Source: Anthoceros angustus (Eukaryota > Plantae > Anthocerotophyta). Taken from it: 64,000 nucleotides of DNA. Under the pieces are notes generated by a model. It made no database searches. It was not told the DNA's origin and worked only from the letters and a program-made list of their open reading frames with translations. Below are positions 11,601 to 22,688 of the stretch, piece after piece (position 1 is the stretch's first letter; each line of letters begins with the position of its first letter). The position numbers and the translations under genes were made by a program. Location of the stretch: positions 558,001 to 622,000 of the forward strand of contig MU008183.1 in the NCBI GenBank assembly GCA_010909165.1, read 5' to 3'.

Positions 11601-12598
11601 TGCTCAAGGCTCCGCACTAGAAACACCTCACGAGAGAAAAGTTGCATGTTCGATCAGGTTCTGTTGCAAGTTCGTTAGACCTTGCCAGCAGGTTCTGTTG
11701 CAAAGAAGTAATCAAGTGCGTATATTGTTCGTTGCTTTACTGTAGCCTTTCGTGCATTTGGATCCGCTCGAGCTCGCTTGATGAGAATCTGCATAGAGCA
11801 CCTAGTCAGGCTACAGAGAAACTTCCCTACAAACAATGATATTGAGCAAAGGCCAGCATTTGATCACCTCTGCCGTGGCTGCAATAGCAGGGGCACGGAA
11901 ATGGGTCCTTGGATTCCAGTGACCACAGAAGCCTACCATAGCGGCTGCAAAGGCAAACGCCACATGCCTGATGAATTGCTTCAGTGCCCCGTTCCCATCC
12001 TACAAGCAAGAAACTCACATCACCTCGATTTCAAGAAGCGGCTTCCTAAAAGCAGAAACCAGAGCTCTGGTGGCCCAACCCAACAGCCTGTAAAGCACAT
12101 GGGAAACATTTTCCGAAATGCACGTACTGGTCGTCTCTCCACGGGTGCTGGAAGCAATGGCAACGACGTTTCCTCATCCCTCAGAGGCAATAACTGAGCA
12201 ACCAATCTGGCAAGCCTGCTGAACCAAGATGCCTTTCCTTCCTCAGCTAAATTCCCCGGATCATGCCAACAAGCCTCAGTTCTTTCTCCCGTGTGGGGCA
12301 GTCGATCATCCAACTGACAAGCATTGATCAAGTCAGAGGTTCGCTGGACAGCAATTCTCCCTCCTCCTGTCAGGACTTGATGATCTCTTTCCCTTGAACC
12401 ACATCGCAGATTCAACAGGGATCTCCTACAAGCAATGTTGAAGCAAAATATCCCATCCTGCCCAGGTGCAGCGACCCGCAACCGTCTTTTCGACAAATTC
12501 ACTTGCACCCTCCGAGGACCATGACAATCGGAGCAACTGAAAATCGGAGCCACCCAAACGACCGGGAGGGTGCAGTCCCAACTCTGCAGCTTCGCCAT
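8614..12598 (-). CDS. CASTOR/POLLUX (DMI1)-family cation channel, multi-exon, with a long N-terminal extension
   Basis: Exonic peptides WAAWTFVADPGTHA, RLVAVPLTMGGMLFFALLVGLMSDAVSSKVDQLQKGGTPVIEENHTLIVG, DLKLCSASMARAIIV, LVPVATEDIVLRMMV, FEDAIPCG and MVLAHLAEDADVGAVLDEVVSDSG...GDELIVL* parallel the family. The start codon is approximate. Confidence 0.88.
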
Positions 12599-13154
12599 GA
12601 TGTGCATGCTCGAAAGCTACCTCAGTCGGCCATTCATTCCCCACAACTGTTCAAGCAAATCAGCAGCGCTTACGACACATCTCGGATCAAAACTTCCAAC
12701 ATTGTCCTGAACCCGACATTGGCTTCAATCACAATGCCACCTGCCCGCATTTCAAAGGCAGAACGTTACAGCAGGAGCAAGAAAGAGAGCCTAATTACAT
12801 AAACTGAAGAAAGACCAGTGACCCGACATCAGTGCTGCTCAGCAGAAGATGGCAATTGCAACCTGAAATCCAGGTGACCGATTTACAGAGACTCCTTTCC
12901 ATTGGATCATCCTATCCAAAGGTCAGCGCCTCTCGCCTCCGAAAGATGTTTCCGTTGCTTTTTCTGGAAGGATAGACTTCAAGATTGGGATGCCAGGTGC
13001 TCCATTATTGGTCTCGGAACCCAACTCCGACCAGCTGTCTCCTGCTCACCAGCGGAGCCTTGTGTGCACTTTGGGCAATCATCTTGACATGATTTGGGTT
13101 TGGCAGAATAGTGGGTTAGATGTGCGGGGCGAATTGTGTGCGTCTTGTGCGATT

Positions 13155-14144
13155 TCATATACCGCTTCTCGACTGTGACATGAGGAACGCCATAAGGGAG
13201 ACATATTGCAGAGCTGTGTGTTGCCAACTGTAGGAGTCACCAAGGCCATACTCAGCATAGCCGGGCTCCAGATGCACAAACTGGCCTAGAAGAGAGCTGC
13301 TTTCAGCAACCACCTCCGCCAAGGAGGAGACGAAGTCTTGCAGAACGGCACGCCCTTGTTCCACAGAACATGCAGGCAGATACTCCACCTGCCAAGCAAC
13401 TATGTCAGACTCCCGCCAAATTACTCACCACCACCACCACCACCACCACCACTGGCTGCGAAAGGCCATACCTCCAAGACGATGCCTCGGATGGTCTCGT
13501 ACGACAAAACAGCTCTGCCAGCCTTCAGCTGGAAGTCACCAAGCTGGTACTGGAACCCCTGAAACCCTATCGCGTCAAGCAGAGCCTATGGATCCACCAT
13601 GCAAAGGGAAGAAGGAACGGAAAAGAAGGGAACCGACCTCAAACACAAGAGACATCCTGTTAGCGTAGAGCTGAAGCTTCTCCATCACGTCCTGCATGGT
13701 GGAGTCTGCCTCCACAACCAAGCGGTCCCCCCGCAGCACGAAGAAGTACTTGCTGGGGGCATCTGACAAAGTGACGCCCAGGAGCTCCCGGGTGCAATCC
13801 ACCGGCATGCCCTGATCTGCCACGGGCCGTGTCAGACACCACAACAGAACCAGTGTCCTCGGCCATGCCCGTGGTCCCATCTAGGGCATCCGAGAAGTAC
13901 CTCGCAAGATGGGCCTGTGGTGCGAGGCCGTCACCTGCCACCGCCCCGCCTTCACTGCGTTGATGCTCTCAATGCACTTCATCACGTCCACCAGCGTCTG
14001 GCTGCCCAGGAGGGAGCCCGAGCTCGGCTGCCAGTGGAGAAGCCTGCAGAACAAAAATCAGCAGCAGCAGCAACCATGAGATTCAGCGACCGGCAAATCC
14101 AAAGCTCGAGGGAGGAAACGAGACCATCACCATTTCACAGGCAT
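13155..14144 (-). CDS. MED20: Mediator complex subunit 20
   Basis: Spliced product MPVKW|[35 protein letters not shown]...[29 protein letters not shown]...|[14 protein letters not shown]...RGIVLE|...EYLP...[16 protein letters not shown], with GT-AG junctions. Confidence 0.93.
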
Positions 14145-14637
14145 GCTTGAATCCGCTGCCTGCTCCAACCAGGCTACGTTTCTAGCTCCTCTAGCCTCTT
14201 CTTCTCCCGCCTCGCATCCTTCACTCCCTTTCGGCAATTCTCTCGCATAGCTCTTGCCAAAAGCGTTTCACAAATTCACGCCAAGTCGATGATATGACAT
14301 AAAACGAAACATTTACGAGATAAACAGAAATTCAAGCAGCGCAGCCCTTCGGTATGGTTTAGAAGGTCGGTTGAGACAACGCAAAATGGAAAAGTTGGCA
14401 TGTGACATGCCAACCAGGGGTCGGAGAGAGTTCTCCTAGTACGTACCTACGTAATCTGATGCGTTAAGCTCATTTTCTGAGGTGTGCTACCTGAGCTCAT
14501 TTTCTGGCAGTGCTACCTGAGCTCATTTTTGAATAGATTGCTTTATTAGGTAGTTCAGAGCAGCCGTGTGTGGCCGTGCCATCTATTCCGGAACCTTTCG
14601 GACAACCTATCTACTACATAGACTAAAAGCCAAAACT

Positions 14638-16161
14638 TCAAATCAATTTCACCTCCCTGTTGAAAATCCAGCTGAAGCTGGCAGTCCTGGAGCCCTTCCT
14701 GGCTTTCAGCACTTGATCACGCTCGGCCAGCTTTCGGATTCGAGGAGGCAGCTTGCAAAGAAAATCCTGAGCTTGCTGAGCTTCACTTGACAAGCCTACT
14801 CTTTCCTCCACCCGCCATTTCTTCATCAGATGTTCCATGATGTCGGCGTAGTCCATGGCTGTGTAGACCCCGGTTCTCTGCGCTACCAGGGAGAAGTCTT
14901 CGAACAGAGTGCGGCTCTTCCCGTCGGTCATATTATGTGCTGGCATGGTGATCTTCTTCCGCATCATGTCCCCAAATGCGAGCATGGCACCGCTAGGGTC
15001 CACATCAAACAGCTTGTCCACAATCTTGGTGTAGGCAACCTCATGGCGCCTCTCATCAGCAGCGATAATTCCGCAGATCACTGCCAGCTTCCCGTCGCCG
15101 TGCTCTTTAGCATGCCTGGCAGTATTACCATGGGAAATGAAGGTGGCTCGTTCCTGGAAGGAGGTGTAGACGAAACCTAGGTAGGGATTGTTCTCCGTCT
15201 GCGGATCCTGCACAGCAAAACATGCTCAAGAGAGTCAGCAGCATGCAGCAGACGGCGTGGAATGGAAGGGAGTCGTCAGGCATGGGAAATCCGATGACAA
15301 GCCCTCTTACCATGCCAGATCCGATTAGGTACTGCGTCGTCTTCTCCACTTGTCTCATGTCTACACGGCCGGTAAGATAGAGGTACTTGTTGAGCAAGTC
15401 TCCATGCCTGTTCTCCTCTGCCGTCCAGCTCCGCGTCCACAGTCCCCAAGGCGTCGAGCTCGAGCCTGTCTCGTCTCTCACCCCGTCCAGCGTGTTCAGC
15501 ATGGTCTGGTACGTAGGCAGGGCTTCCTCGGTGATGGTGTCACCTACAAGACATATCAGGTAATCGTCCGGCAAATGCGATGCCCGCTCCCGCAGTTCCC
15601 GCACTTCGTCCAGAAACGTGTCTGAGGAAGGATCCGGCAGGTGATCTTGCGGCTGCCAGCTTTTCTCCACGGGCTTCAGCTGCGGCAGGAGCTCTTCCTC
15701 GGCCCACGGCTCCAGAGACCGGAATATCTCCAACTTCTCCTGCGGCATGGAGTGCAGCACCTGCTTCGTCCGGTCCGCAGGAGCAAGGCCCTCCCTGGCC
15801 GATTTCTTAGGCACATCGCTCGTCTCCGTCCTGCAAACGCAAGCTTCAGAGATCAGCACACAACAGCAGAGCAGAGCACAGCACAGCACAGCAGAGGACA
15901 GCACAGTACCACACCACACCACGCAACACTCCCGCCAAACCATGCAACACTCCCGCTGTTGAATTGCTCTCACCTGGTAGGTATGGCCGTGGTGGCCACA
16001 ATCTTGGCTCCGCTCGCAGCCTTGAGCCGCAGCCGAGGAGCCTGCTGGACCACGCCGACTCGGGTCCCCAACGCGGCCGAGGAGCCCGATCGCAGACCGG
16101 CCTCCAGGCATGGCTGCGCGTGCAACACGGCAGTCCCCGCCATCGCCATTGCTTGCTCCAC
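14638..16161 (-). CDS. SAD: Plastid stearoyl-[acyl-carrier-protein] 9-desaturase (3 exons)
   Basis: Transit peptide; [16 protein letters not shown]; [29 protein letters not shown]; [18 protein letters not shown]; [18 protein letters not shown]; DERRHE; C-terminus [12 protein letters not shown]. Confidence 0.96.
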
Positions 16162-16559
16162 GACCAGCGCCAGGACTCGCCGCTCTAATGTAACCGAGAG
16201 TGGCCAAACCGAATGCGTAGCCTGCTATTCCAAGCAAGGGACTGCATGAAGCCTGGTCTACAATGGAACTACCTTTGCAGCTCGGGAAGTTGGTTGAATG
16301 GACTGCGGGAATTCAGGCATGCAGTAAACTGTCTGTGGACGGACAAAACATAGAAGCCCTGCTTTTGTGCGGCAAGCATCTTGTGGTTCTCTTGCATTAG
16401 GACGATCCTGTCCTGATTCCCGAAGCGTGGAGTTGCAGTGAACGGAAAATGTCATTTTATTATTTCTGGACGAGGGCAACATGGACTGCCTTGGTCGCTG
16501 GTCAAGAAACTCGTTCGTTTTACAGTATGTTATTTATGCAAGTATGACCACTGCACAGC

Positions 16560-17200
16560 CGATGAAACCTGTTAGCCTGCTGCAAGCGTAAGGCAACACC
16601 GGAGCCTTGCATGAGAGAACCTTCATTCCGAAGAAGCCTTGATAAGAATCTGCTTGTTGGTTGGCTGGCTGGCAACAAGCTCTTTGGAATATGGAAGCTT
16701 ACAAGATGTTTGACATGGAAAACAGCGTTTCTGCCCAGGGTAATTACAGCTCGAAGGCAATGCAGTGCTGCCAGGAAATGAGGCAGCAAGAAATGGGGCC
16801 TAACAATGTGGTATTTGCTCATCTACTCACAGTTCTGTGATACTGGTCGAAGATGGCTTCAAAGGATTTGCAAGCAGCAAGCCTGATGCCGCTGGGCTGC
16901 ATAAGTTACTGTGACATGTCTTCCAGCCCAACAATGGCTTCTCGAGGTTTCTGTGACTGGAATCCAGCTTGCGTCCAGACTATAAGAGGATGGGGCGTAA
17001 ATGTTTCCTTCAGGCAGCCATCGTCGGATCTAAACAGGTAGAGGAACTGATGCTGCGAGGAGGAGAGAAGCTTTTCAGATCACCTGGCCATCTTCTGCAG
17101 TCTGCAGAGATGCTGACACGAATTGCCTGTTTCTCAGGCGGGTGAAGGGCAAGCCTTAATACATTGCTACAAACCTCTAGCTCCGTTTGCTAGAGACTTG
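16560..17200 (+). pseudogene. Probable degenerate PLS-type PPR remnant
   Basis: Short broken peptides such as SAQGNYSSKAMQCCQEMRQQEMGPNNVVFAHLL resemble PPR motifs. There is no intact ORF. Confidence 0.3.
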
Positions 17201-17242
17201 TGGCAGCAATGGGACACTATGCTTGACAGCTCCAAGCTGTGA

Positions 17243-20056
17243 TCAGTCGGAGAAAAGACTGCACACCTCCTGAGGCACGTCGGGTACATGATCGAACTTC
17301 CTCAGGATGGTGCCCGTCATCCTGTCTGGAGCACAACCCACTGACTTCATCTCACGGAATAACCTGCGTGCCTCAGCATAAAACCCAACATTTCCCAGGG
17401 CCTCCATAACAGTGTTGTAGGTGACCAGATCCGGAACACACCCATCTTGTCTCATCTGTGCAATCAGACCCTGTGCTTCCATAACCAGGCCAGCCCTGCA
17501 AAGCCCAGCGGTCAGTGTGTTGTACATCATCAGATCGGATGTGTATTTCTTGGCTCTCATAACCTCATAAAGCGACCAGGCTTCCTGCACTCTGTCAGCG
17601 TGGCATAATCCGTGGATCAACGTGGAGTAGGTGACAACATCTGGGAGTACACCCGTGTTCTCCATATCCTTCAGCAGCTCTAAAGCTTCTTCTACTTGGT
17701 CAGCTTTCCTAAGTGCATTCATCATCGTATTATATGTAACCACATCCTTGGCCACCTCGCTGTCACCCATCTCCAAAAACAAGCTCCTTGCCTCACCTAT
17801 CCGACTCAGTCTGCCCAGACAATCAATGAGAGTGTTGTATGTCACAACACTTGGGACACAGCGATTTTGCTTCATCTCCTCAAAGAGTTCTAGTGCTGTG
17901 TCCAGCTCACCTGACTTCCCTAGCCTGTTAACCAGTATCGTGTATACAACAACATCTGGTACGCAGCCCCTGCCTTTCATCTCGCTGTAAAATCGGAGTG
18001 CCTCGTCGATATCCCCTCGATACCCAATCCCATTGATGAGTGCACTGTATGTGAAGCTATCCGGAGAGAAACCCTTTTTCTTCATGTCATCAAGAAGACT
18101 GTAAGCCTCAGCCAGCTCTCCGGCTTTGCCAAGAGCATTGATAAGTAGGTTGTAAGTGATGACATCAGGTGCACAACCTTGCTGTTGCATCCCAGAGAAC
18201 ACATACAAAGCCTTTTTCAACTGGCCAGCCCTACTTAGCCCATGTATGAGAGCATTGTAGGTGACTGTATCTGGTATGCAGCCACATTTCCACATTTCCG
18301 CGAACAGTTGTAAGGCCTTGTCAATCTGCTCTTCCTTGCCCATGCCATCTATAAGGGTGTTGTAAGTTATCGTGTTTGGGAGACATCGCTTTTGCTTCAT
18401 CTCCTCAAACATGTCGGTGGCCAGCTTCATCTTCCTCGATTTTACCAAGGCACTGATTGCTATGTTGAAGGTGACCTGATTCGGTGTACAACCCGATCTT
18501 TCCATATCTCTAAAGAGGTTGCAGGCGTCCTCCAGCTTACCTGCCTTTGAAAACGCAGTGATCAGCACGTTATAGCTGAACACGTTAGGGACATGGCAAC
18601 CAGCTTTCATCTCCTGGAGAATGTCGGAAGCCTTATCTGTGTGCCCGGCTTTGCAGAAAGCATCAAGAAGAATGGTATAAGTGACAGCATCAGGATCGAA
18701 TCCTCTTTTTCTCGCCTGTTCCATGTGTGCGTACCCTGCGTCTGGACTACCAGATCTACAAAGACCATGGATGAAGGAGTTGTGCGTCACGGTATTGGGA
18801 GCACACCCAGCAACCTCCATCTGCTCAAACAGGCCCCGAGAATCAGCCAGCCGTCCAGATTTCCCAAATCCAGCCATGAGGATGTTGAAGGTCACAACGT
18901 TCAGTTCGCAGTTCATCCCCTTCATCTCTTCGACCAGCTCCAACGCCATATCCATATCCCCAATCTTGCCACATCCATCAATGAGCATATTGTAAATGAG
19001 TGAATTTGGAATCAACCCGACAGCCTTCAGCGCTCGAAGCAGCTCAAGACCCTCGCTCACCCTCTTGCTTTTGCAATACCCATAGATGAGGCTACCATAA
19101 GTAGCAACATTGGCAGCACACCCTCTGTCTTGCATTACTTGGAAGAGCTGGGCAGCTTCATCCACCTTGCCCGCCTTTGCTAAGCAATCAATCAAGCTGT
19201 TATAAGTGGCGATGTCCGGTTGGCACCCTGCAGCCAGCATTTCTTCGTACACCTGTTGAGCAGCTACACAAGACTTGCATTTCCCCAGCAGATCAATCAC
19301 ATGATTGTAATGCACAGCAGTGGGTTCATAACCGAGAGCTTGCAATCTCTGCAAGGCGGTCAGTGCTCCATCTCCATTCCTAACCTTCCCATAACTGCTC
19401 AGTATTGCAGTGATAGTAGCAGCACCCTTTTCACAGCCTGCTCCGTGCATCTCTTCCACCAAGTTCCACAAAGCTACGAAATCTGCCACATTCCCCAGCT
19501 TCTGAATCATGGAGCTGTAGGTGAAGAAGTTGTGATTGTACCCCTCTTGCTGCCTGGCCCAGTTGAAGAATTTGAAGCAGATGTCCACATCCTCCTGTTC
19601 CCGGAGAACTTCGCCCACCTGGAATGCGGTGAGACGGATATTCAGTTGGTCCAGTGCCCTGACCGTGTCATCATCCCACTTGGAGTCACCCAGTATTTTC
19701 AGCAAATCCTTCACCGACTGTTCCTCGTCCTGTTGGGAGACAGGCCAGCGGGTGGAACCAGAAGCTTTGACGCCCACAAGCTTGTCCTCCACAGGTGTTT
19801 CACCCCAGCTAAGACTGCGCCACTGTTCAATCCCACCTTTTCCTGTGCCAGCAGGGAATCCCTGCTTCGAGTGCGGAGGAGGGTTGCTTGACCTGTTGGT
19901 GGGCGTCCGCAGCTCCAGTCTCATTGAGGTTGCCTCTCCTCCTGTGAACGTGAATGCAAAGCAGCAGACACTGATACAGGACATGGATGTTGCACCTGAA
20001 TTACAAGCAGTTCTTGACACTAGTAAATCCATGTGCAACACCTGCGCTTGCAGCAT
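17243..20056 (-). CDS. P-class pentatricopeptide repeat protein (intronless, about 20 or more 35-aa repeats)
   Basis: 937-aa ORF with regular repeats such as PDIATYNSLIDCLAKAGKVDEAAQLFQVM, and the typical FFNWARQQEGYNHNFFTY pre-repeat segment. The start could alternatively be at the MRLELR Met. Confidence 0.96.
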   Translation of the reverse strand: MLQAQVLHMDLLVSRTACNSGATSMSCISVCCFAFTFTGGEATSMRLELRTPTNRSSNPPPHSKQGFPAGTGKGGIEQWRSLSWGETPVEDKLVGVKASGSTRWPVSQQDEEQSVKDLLKILGDSKWDDDTVRALDQLNIRLTAFQVGEVLREQEDVDICFKFFNWARQQEGYNHNFFTYSSMIQKLGNVADFVALWNLVEEMHGAGCEKGAATITAILSSYGKVRNGDGALTALQRLQALGYEPTAVHYNHVIDLLGKCKSCVAAQQVYEEMLAAGCQPDIATYNSLIDCLAKAGKVDEAAQLFQVMQDRGCAANVATYGSLIYGYCKSKRVSEGLELLRALKAVGLIPNSLIYNMLIDGCGKIGDMDMALELVEEMKGMNCELNVVTFNILMAGFGKSGRLADSRGLFEQMEVAGCAPNTVTHNSFIHGLCRSGSPDAGYAHMEQARKRGFDPDAVTYTILLDAFCKAGHTDKASDILQEMKAGCHVPNVFSYNVLITAFSKAGKLEDACNLFRDMERSGCTPNQVTFNIAISALVKSRKMKLATDMFEEMKQKRCLPNTITYNTLIDGMGKEEQIDKALQLFAEMWKCGCIPDTVTYNALIHGLSRAGQLKKALYVFSGMQQQGCAPDVITYNLLINALGKAGELAEAYSLLDDMKKKGFSPDSFTYSALINGIGYRGDIDEALRFYSEMKGRGCVPDVVVYTILVNRLGKSGELDTALELFEEMKQNRCVPSVVTYNTLIDCLGRLSRIGEARSLFLEMGDSEVAKDVVTYNTMMNALRKADQVEEALELLKDMENTGVLPDVVTYSTLIHGLCHADRVQEAWSLYEVMRAKKYTSDLMMYNTLTAGLCRAGLVMEAQGLIAQMRQDGCVPDLVTYNTVMEALGNVGFYAEARRLFREMKSVGCAPDRMTGTILRKFDHVPDVPQEVCSLFSD

Positions 20057-20314
20057 GGCTTAAATCAAGCTGCTCCTGGGCTGACTCCGACGTCCATGGC
20101 GAGGGACTCTATTCAGACCACTGAAATACAGTGCTAAGAAACTTTGAGGAACGGGAAACGGAAACGGATGACGTTGTCAGGGCAGCGGAACTGCAGAACG
20201 ATGGAATGGTTCCTTGGTAATGATGTGCTTCCTTCTACAACGGCACTTAAGGCTGCAGCTTCGGACTGCAGATGGCCATGATATCTGTTTGATGGGCGGC
20301 GTTCCATCAGGATC
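20057..20314. promoter_or_regulatory. Short divergent intergenic region (candidate bidirectional promoter) between the PPR and mTERF genes
   Basis: Only 258 bp lie between the divergent ORF starts. No specific motifs were verified. Confidence 0.45.
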
Positions 20315-21946
20315 ATGACTTGCTGGATGCGCCAACGATCCACCCGGCAAGTTGCGTCTCTCCTCCAGCTTGGAGTTGTACGGTTCTCTGGTCCCCTGAC
20401 AGATGCGGCTGTGCCCAGCATAGGAAGGAGACTTGATTTGGGAAGGCTACGATGCTTTGCTGCAGAGCAGACTGACGTGTTGGAGACAGTGGATGGCCGG
20501 GATGGAGCAGCTGTGGAGAAGCAGCTGGAGAGTGTTGGAATTCATAGAGGCAAGCTCTGGAAGCTGTTGGAACGTGACAAGCAGCTGCTCACATGTCCTG
20601 CCAGTCAGCTCAGTACGTGTGTTCTTTCTCTGACAGAGCTGGGAGTTCAGACCAAGAACTTACCTGGTCTTGTGGAGGAGTACCCTCCCCTGCTTAGAAT
20701 CAACCTCCAGGAGAGATTGCAGGAGATGCTGAAATACTTTGAGGAAGTTGGACTTGAGAGGAGCCTCATTGCTGCGTTGCTGAAGTGCAATGCGGAAAGA
20801 GTGGTCCAGGTAGGAGATGCCAACTTCATGGAAAATATCGCGTACCTTAGATCCATTGGGCTATCGGACGAGCAAGTGTTGAGGACTCTGCGAGGAAACC
20901 CTCAGGTGTTGGTGATGAACCTCGAGACTGACATCAAGCCCAAAATTGCTATTCTGGCAGATCTTGGTCTTGGCCGTGTGAGCATCAACAACTTGTTTGC
21001 TTCATTTCCTCACGTTTTGAGTTACAGTATTGACCAGAGTCTGCTGCCAAAAATCAAATTTTTGATGGAGGTGGGGGTGGAAAGGAAGGTGATTGGTGCC
21101 TTGCTTGGGCGATGTCCTGCCATTCTTGGCAAGAGCATCACTAAAACGTTTGCACAAAAGATCAAGTTTCTCGAGGCAGCTGGCGTGAAGAAGGAGAACT
21201 TGGGTCATGTGATCCACAGATGTCCAACTTTGCTTACTTTGAGCATCAAGAACAACATGACCCCAAAAATCCAGTTTTTTGAAAGCATTGGTCTGGAGAA
21301 GGAGAGCGTTGGTGTAGTTATCACTAGGCATCCTGCCATTTTCGAGTGCAGCATAGAGGACAACTTGAAGCCTACAGTGGCTTTTCTCCAGAAAATGGGC
21401 TTCACTGGGGGTAAGCTTGTGAAACTTATCACCTGGAAGCCTTCAGTGTTGTCGCGGGCCATCGATGGGAGCCTTCAGGACATTCTGAACTTTCTTCTCC
21501 GCATTGGTCTGGAGCCTGGAAGTATTGCAATGGCTAGGGGTGTGATCACTGGTGTCTCCTTTTCCATCTCCACCATGGAAAGCAGAGTGAACCACCTAGT
21601 ACGTTTGGGCTTTTCCTACGACGTTGCATGTGAGATGATACGGAAGCAGCCCTCTCTTCTTGCTCTGAGTGAAGTAAAGATCAGGGAGAAGTATCTCTTC
21701 ATCTCGAAAGCTCTGAACCTTGAAGAAATGGAGGTTGGGTTGATCGCCCTGCTTTTGACATTCAGCCTCGAGATGAGACTGAAGCCTCGAGTGAGAGTCT
21801 TGTCTTGGCTAAGATCCTCTGGTCTGCTCACGAAAGAGTATGCCATTTCCACCACCATGAACATGTCTAATCAAAGGTTCTGCGATACATTTGTGAAGAG
21901 CTTCCCCCTAGCAGATACCATTTTTGAGGAAGCTGCCGCAGGGTAG
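20315..21946 (+). CDS. mTERF-family organellar protein (intronless)
   Basis: 543-aa ORF with about 32-aa repeats such as FPHVLSYSIDQSLLPKIKFLMEVGV and CPTLLTLSIKNNMTPKIQFFESIGL, C-terminal FSLEMRLKPRVRVL, and a transit-like N-terminus. Confidence 0.93.
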   Translation: MTCWMRQRSTRQVASLLQLGVVRFSGPLTDAAVPSIGRRLDLGRLRCFAAEQTDVLETVDGRDGAAVEKQLESVGIHRGKLWKLLERDKQLLTCPASQLSTCVLSLTELGVQTKNLPGLVEEYPPLLRINLQERLQEMLKYFEEVGLERSLIAALLKCNAERVVQVGDANFMENIAYLRSIGLSDEQVLRTLRGNPQVLVMNLETDIKPKIAILADLGLGRVSINNLFASFPHVLSYSIDQSLLPKIKFLMEVGVERKVIGALLGRCPAILGKSITKTFAQKIKFLEAAGVKKENLGHVIHRCPTLLTLSIKNNMTPKIQFFESIGLEKESVGVVITRHPAIFECSIEDNLKPTVAFLQKMGFTGGKLVKLITWKPSVLSRAIDGSLQDILNFLLRIGLEPGSIAMARGVITGVSFSISTMESRVNHLVRLGFSYDVACEMIRKQPSLLALSEVKIREKYLFISKALNLEEMEVGLIALLLTFSLEMRLKPRVRVLSWLRSSGLLTKEYAISTTMNMSNQRFCDTFVKSFPLADTIFEEAAAG

Positions 21947-22688
21947 TGAGGCAACGGGGGTGAGCATCGTTGCAGCGTTCCTCCTGCTGGTCAAGAGCTC
22001 ATCTTGCTTATCCCATCCTTGTCTAGGGTTTCTGGAGGAGTCCGAGGTTCTCTTGCTATTGGGTCACCCAGGGTATTTTGACCAGGGGACATGTCATCTG
22101 CTTCTGCCAGGGTGCCAGACTACAGAAAGAAACACCATGGCCAGGATAGCAGTGGAGATGCCGTCAAGGTCTTGGATCAATGACCGATAAAGATGGGCCG
22201 AGTGGTTATCTGCGGCATTAAAGAGGCTCATTCTATGGTTAGCATGTACTTTGCTGGAACCATGGATAAACAAACATGAGATTCAACAGGCACGGCATGG
22301 TATCAAAAGGTGGATATCCTTGCACAGATTCACGATAGCTAACAATCTGTCATGAGAGATCATCTTCTTTCCACTTTACGCATATCACCTGCTACGGACT
22401 TGAGGCAACCTCTTCTTTTTCATCGCCAGTTCTGCACATGTTTGATGAGAAAGCAAAAGCTGAATTTAGACTTCAGCTATTCCTGGCATCTTTATCGGCA
22501 TCTTTGTAGGAATGCGAACCCCCTTTTGTGGGTCACAGGCGATCATTGAGGCTGTGACGGACCGTGTCTGGTGGGAAGAACTCCTGGTCTTCACCCACGC
22601 TACGTCTCTGTCTGGGAGTCTGTGAGCGCCTTTGATGAATCATGAATCGCGCTCTGTGAAGATAGTCCAAAGCTCGGTTGGTGTTGTC

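Noticed and set aside
13428-13452. Poly-His/Pro/Thr ORFs over a (CAC)n run, and (GGAACA)n at about 26756-26786
   Set aside because: Intronic microsatellites inside MED20 and alkenal reductase copy 1.
15125-16249. Long overlapping ORFs (370 aa minus, 202 aa plus) and similar antisense ORFs over PPR, mTERF, OTP51 and GT90
   Set aside because: They are read-through of introns or antisense shadows of GC-rich exons already explained by the called genes.
22130-22560. Gene downstream of mTERF
   Set aside because: Only short PPR-like scraps (e.g. GDAVKVLDQ) in broken frames; too weak to call.
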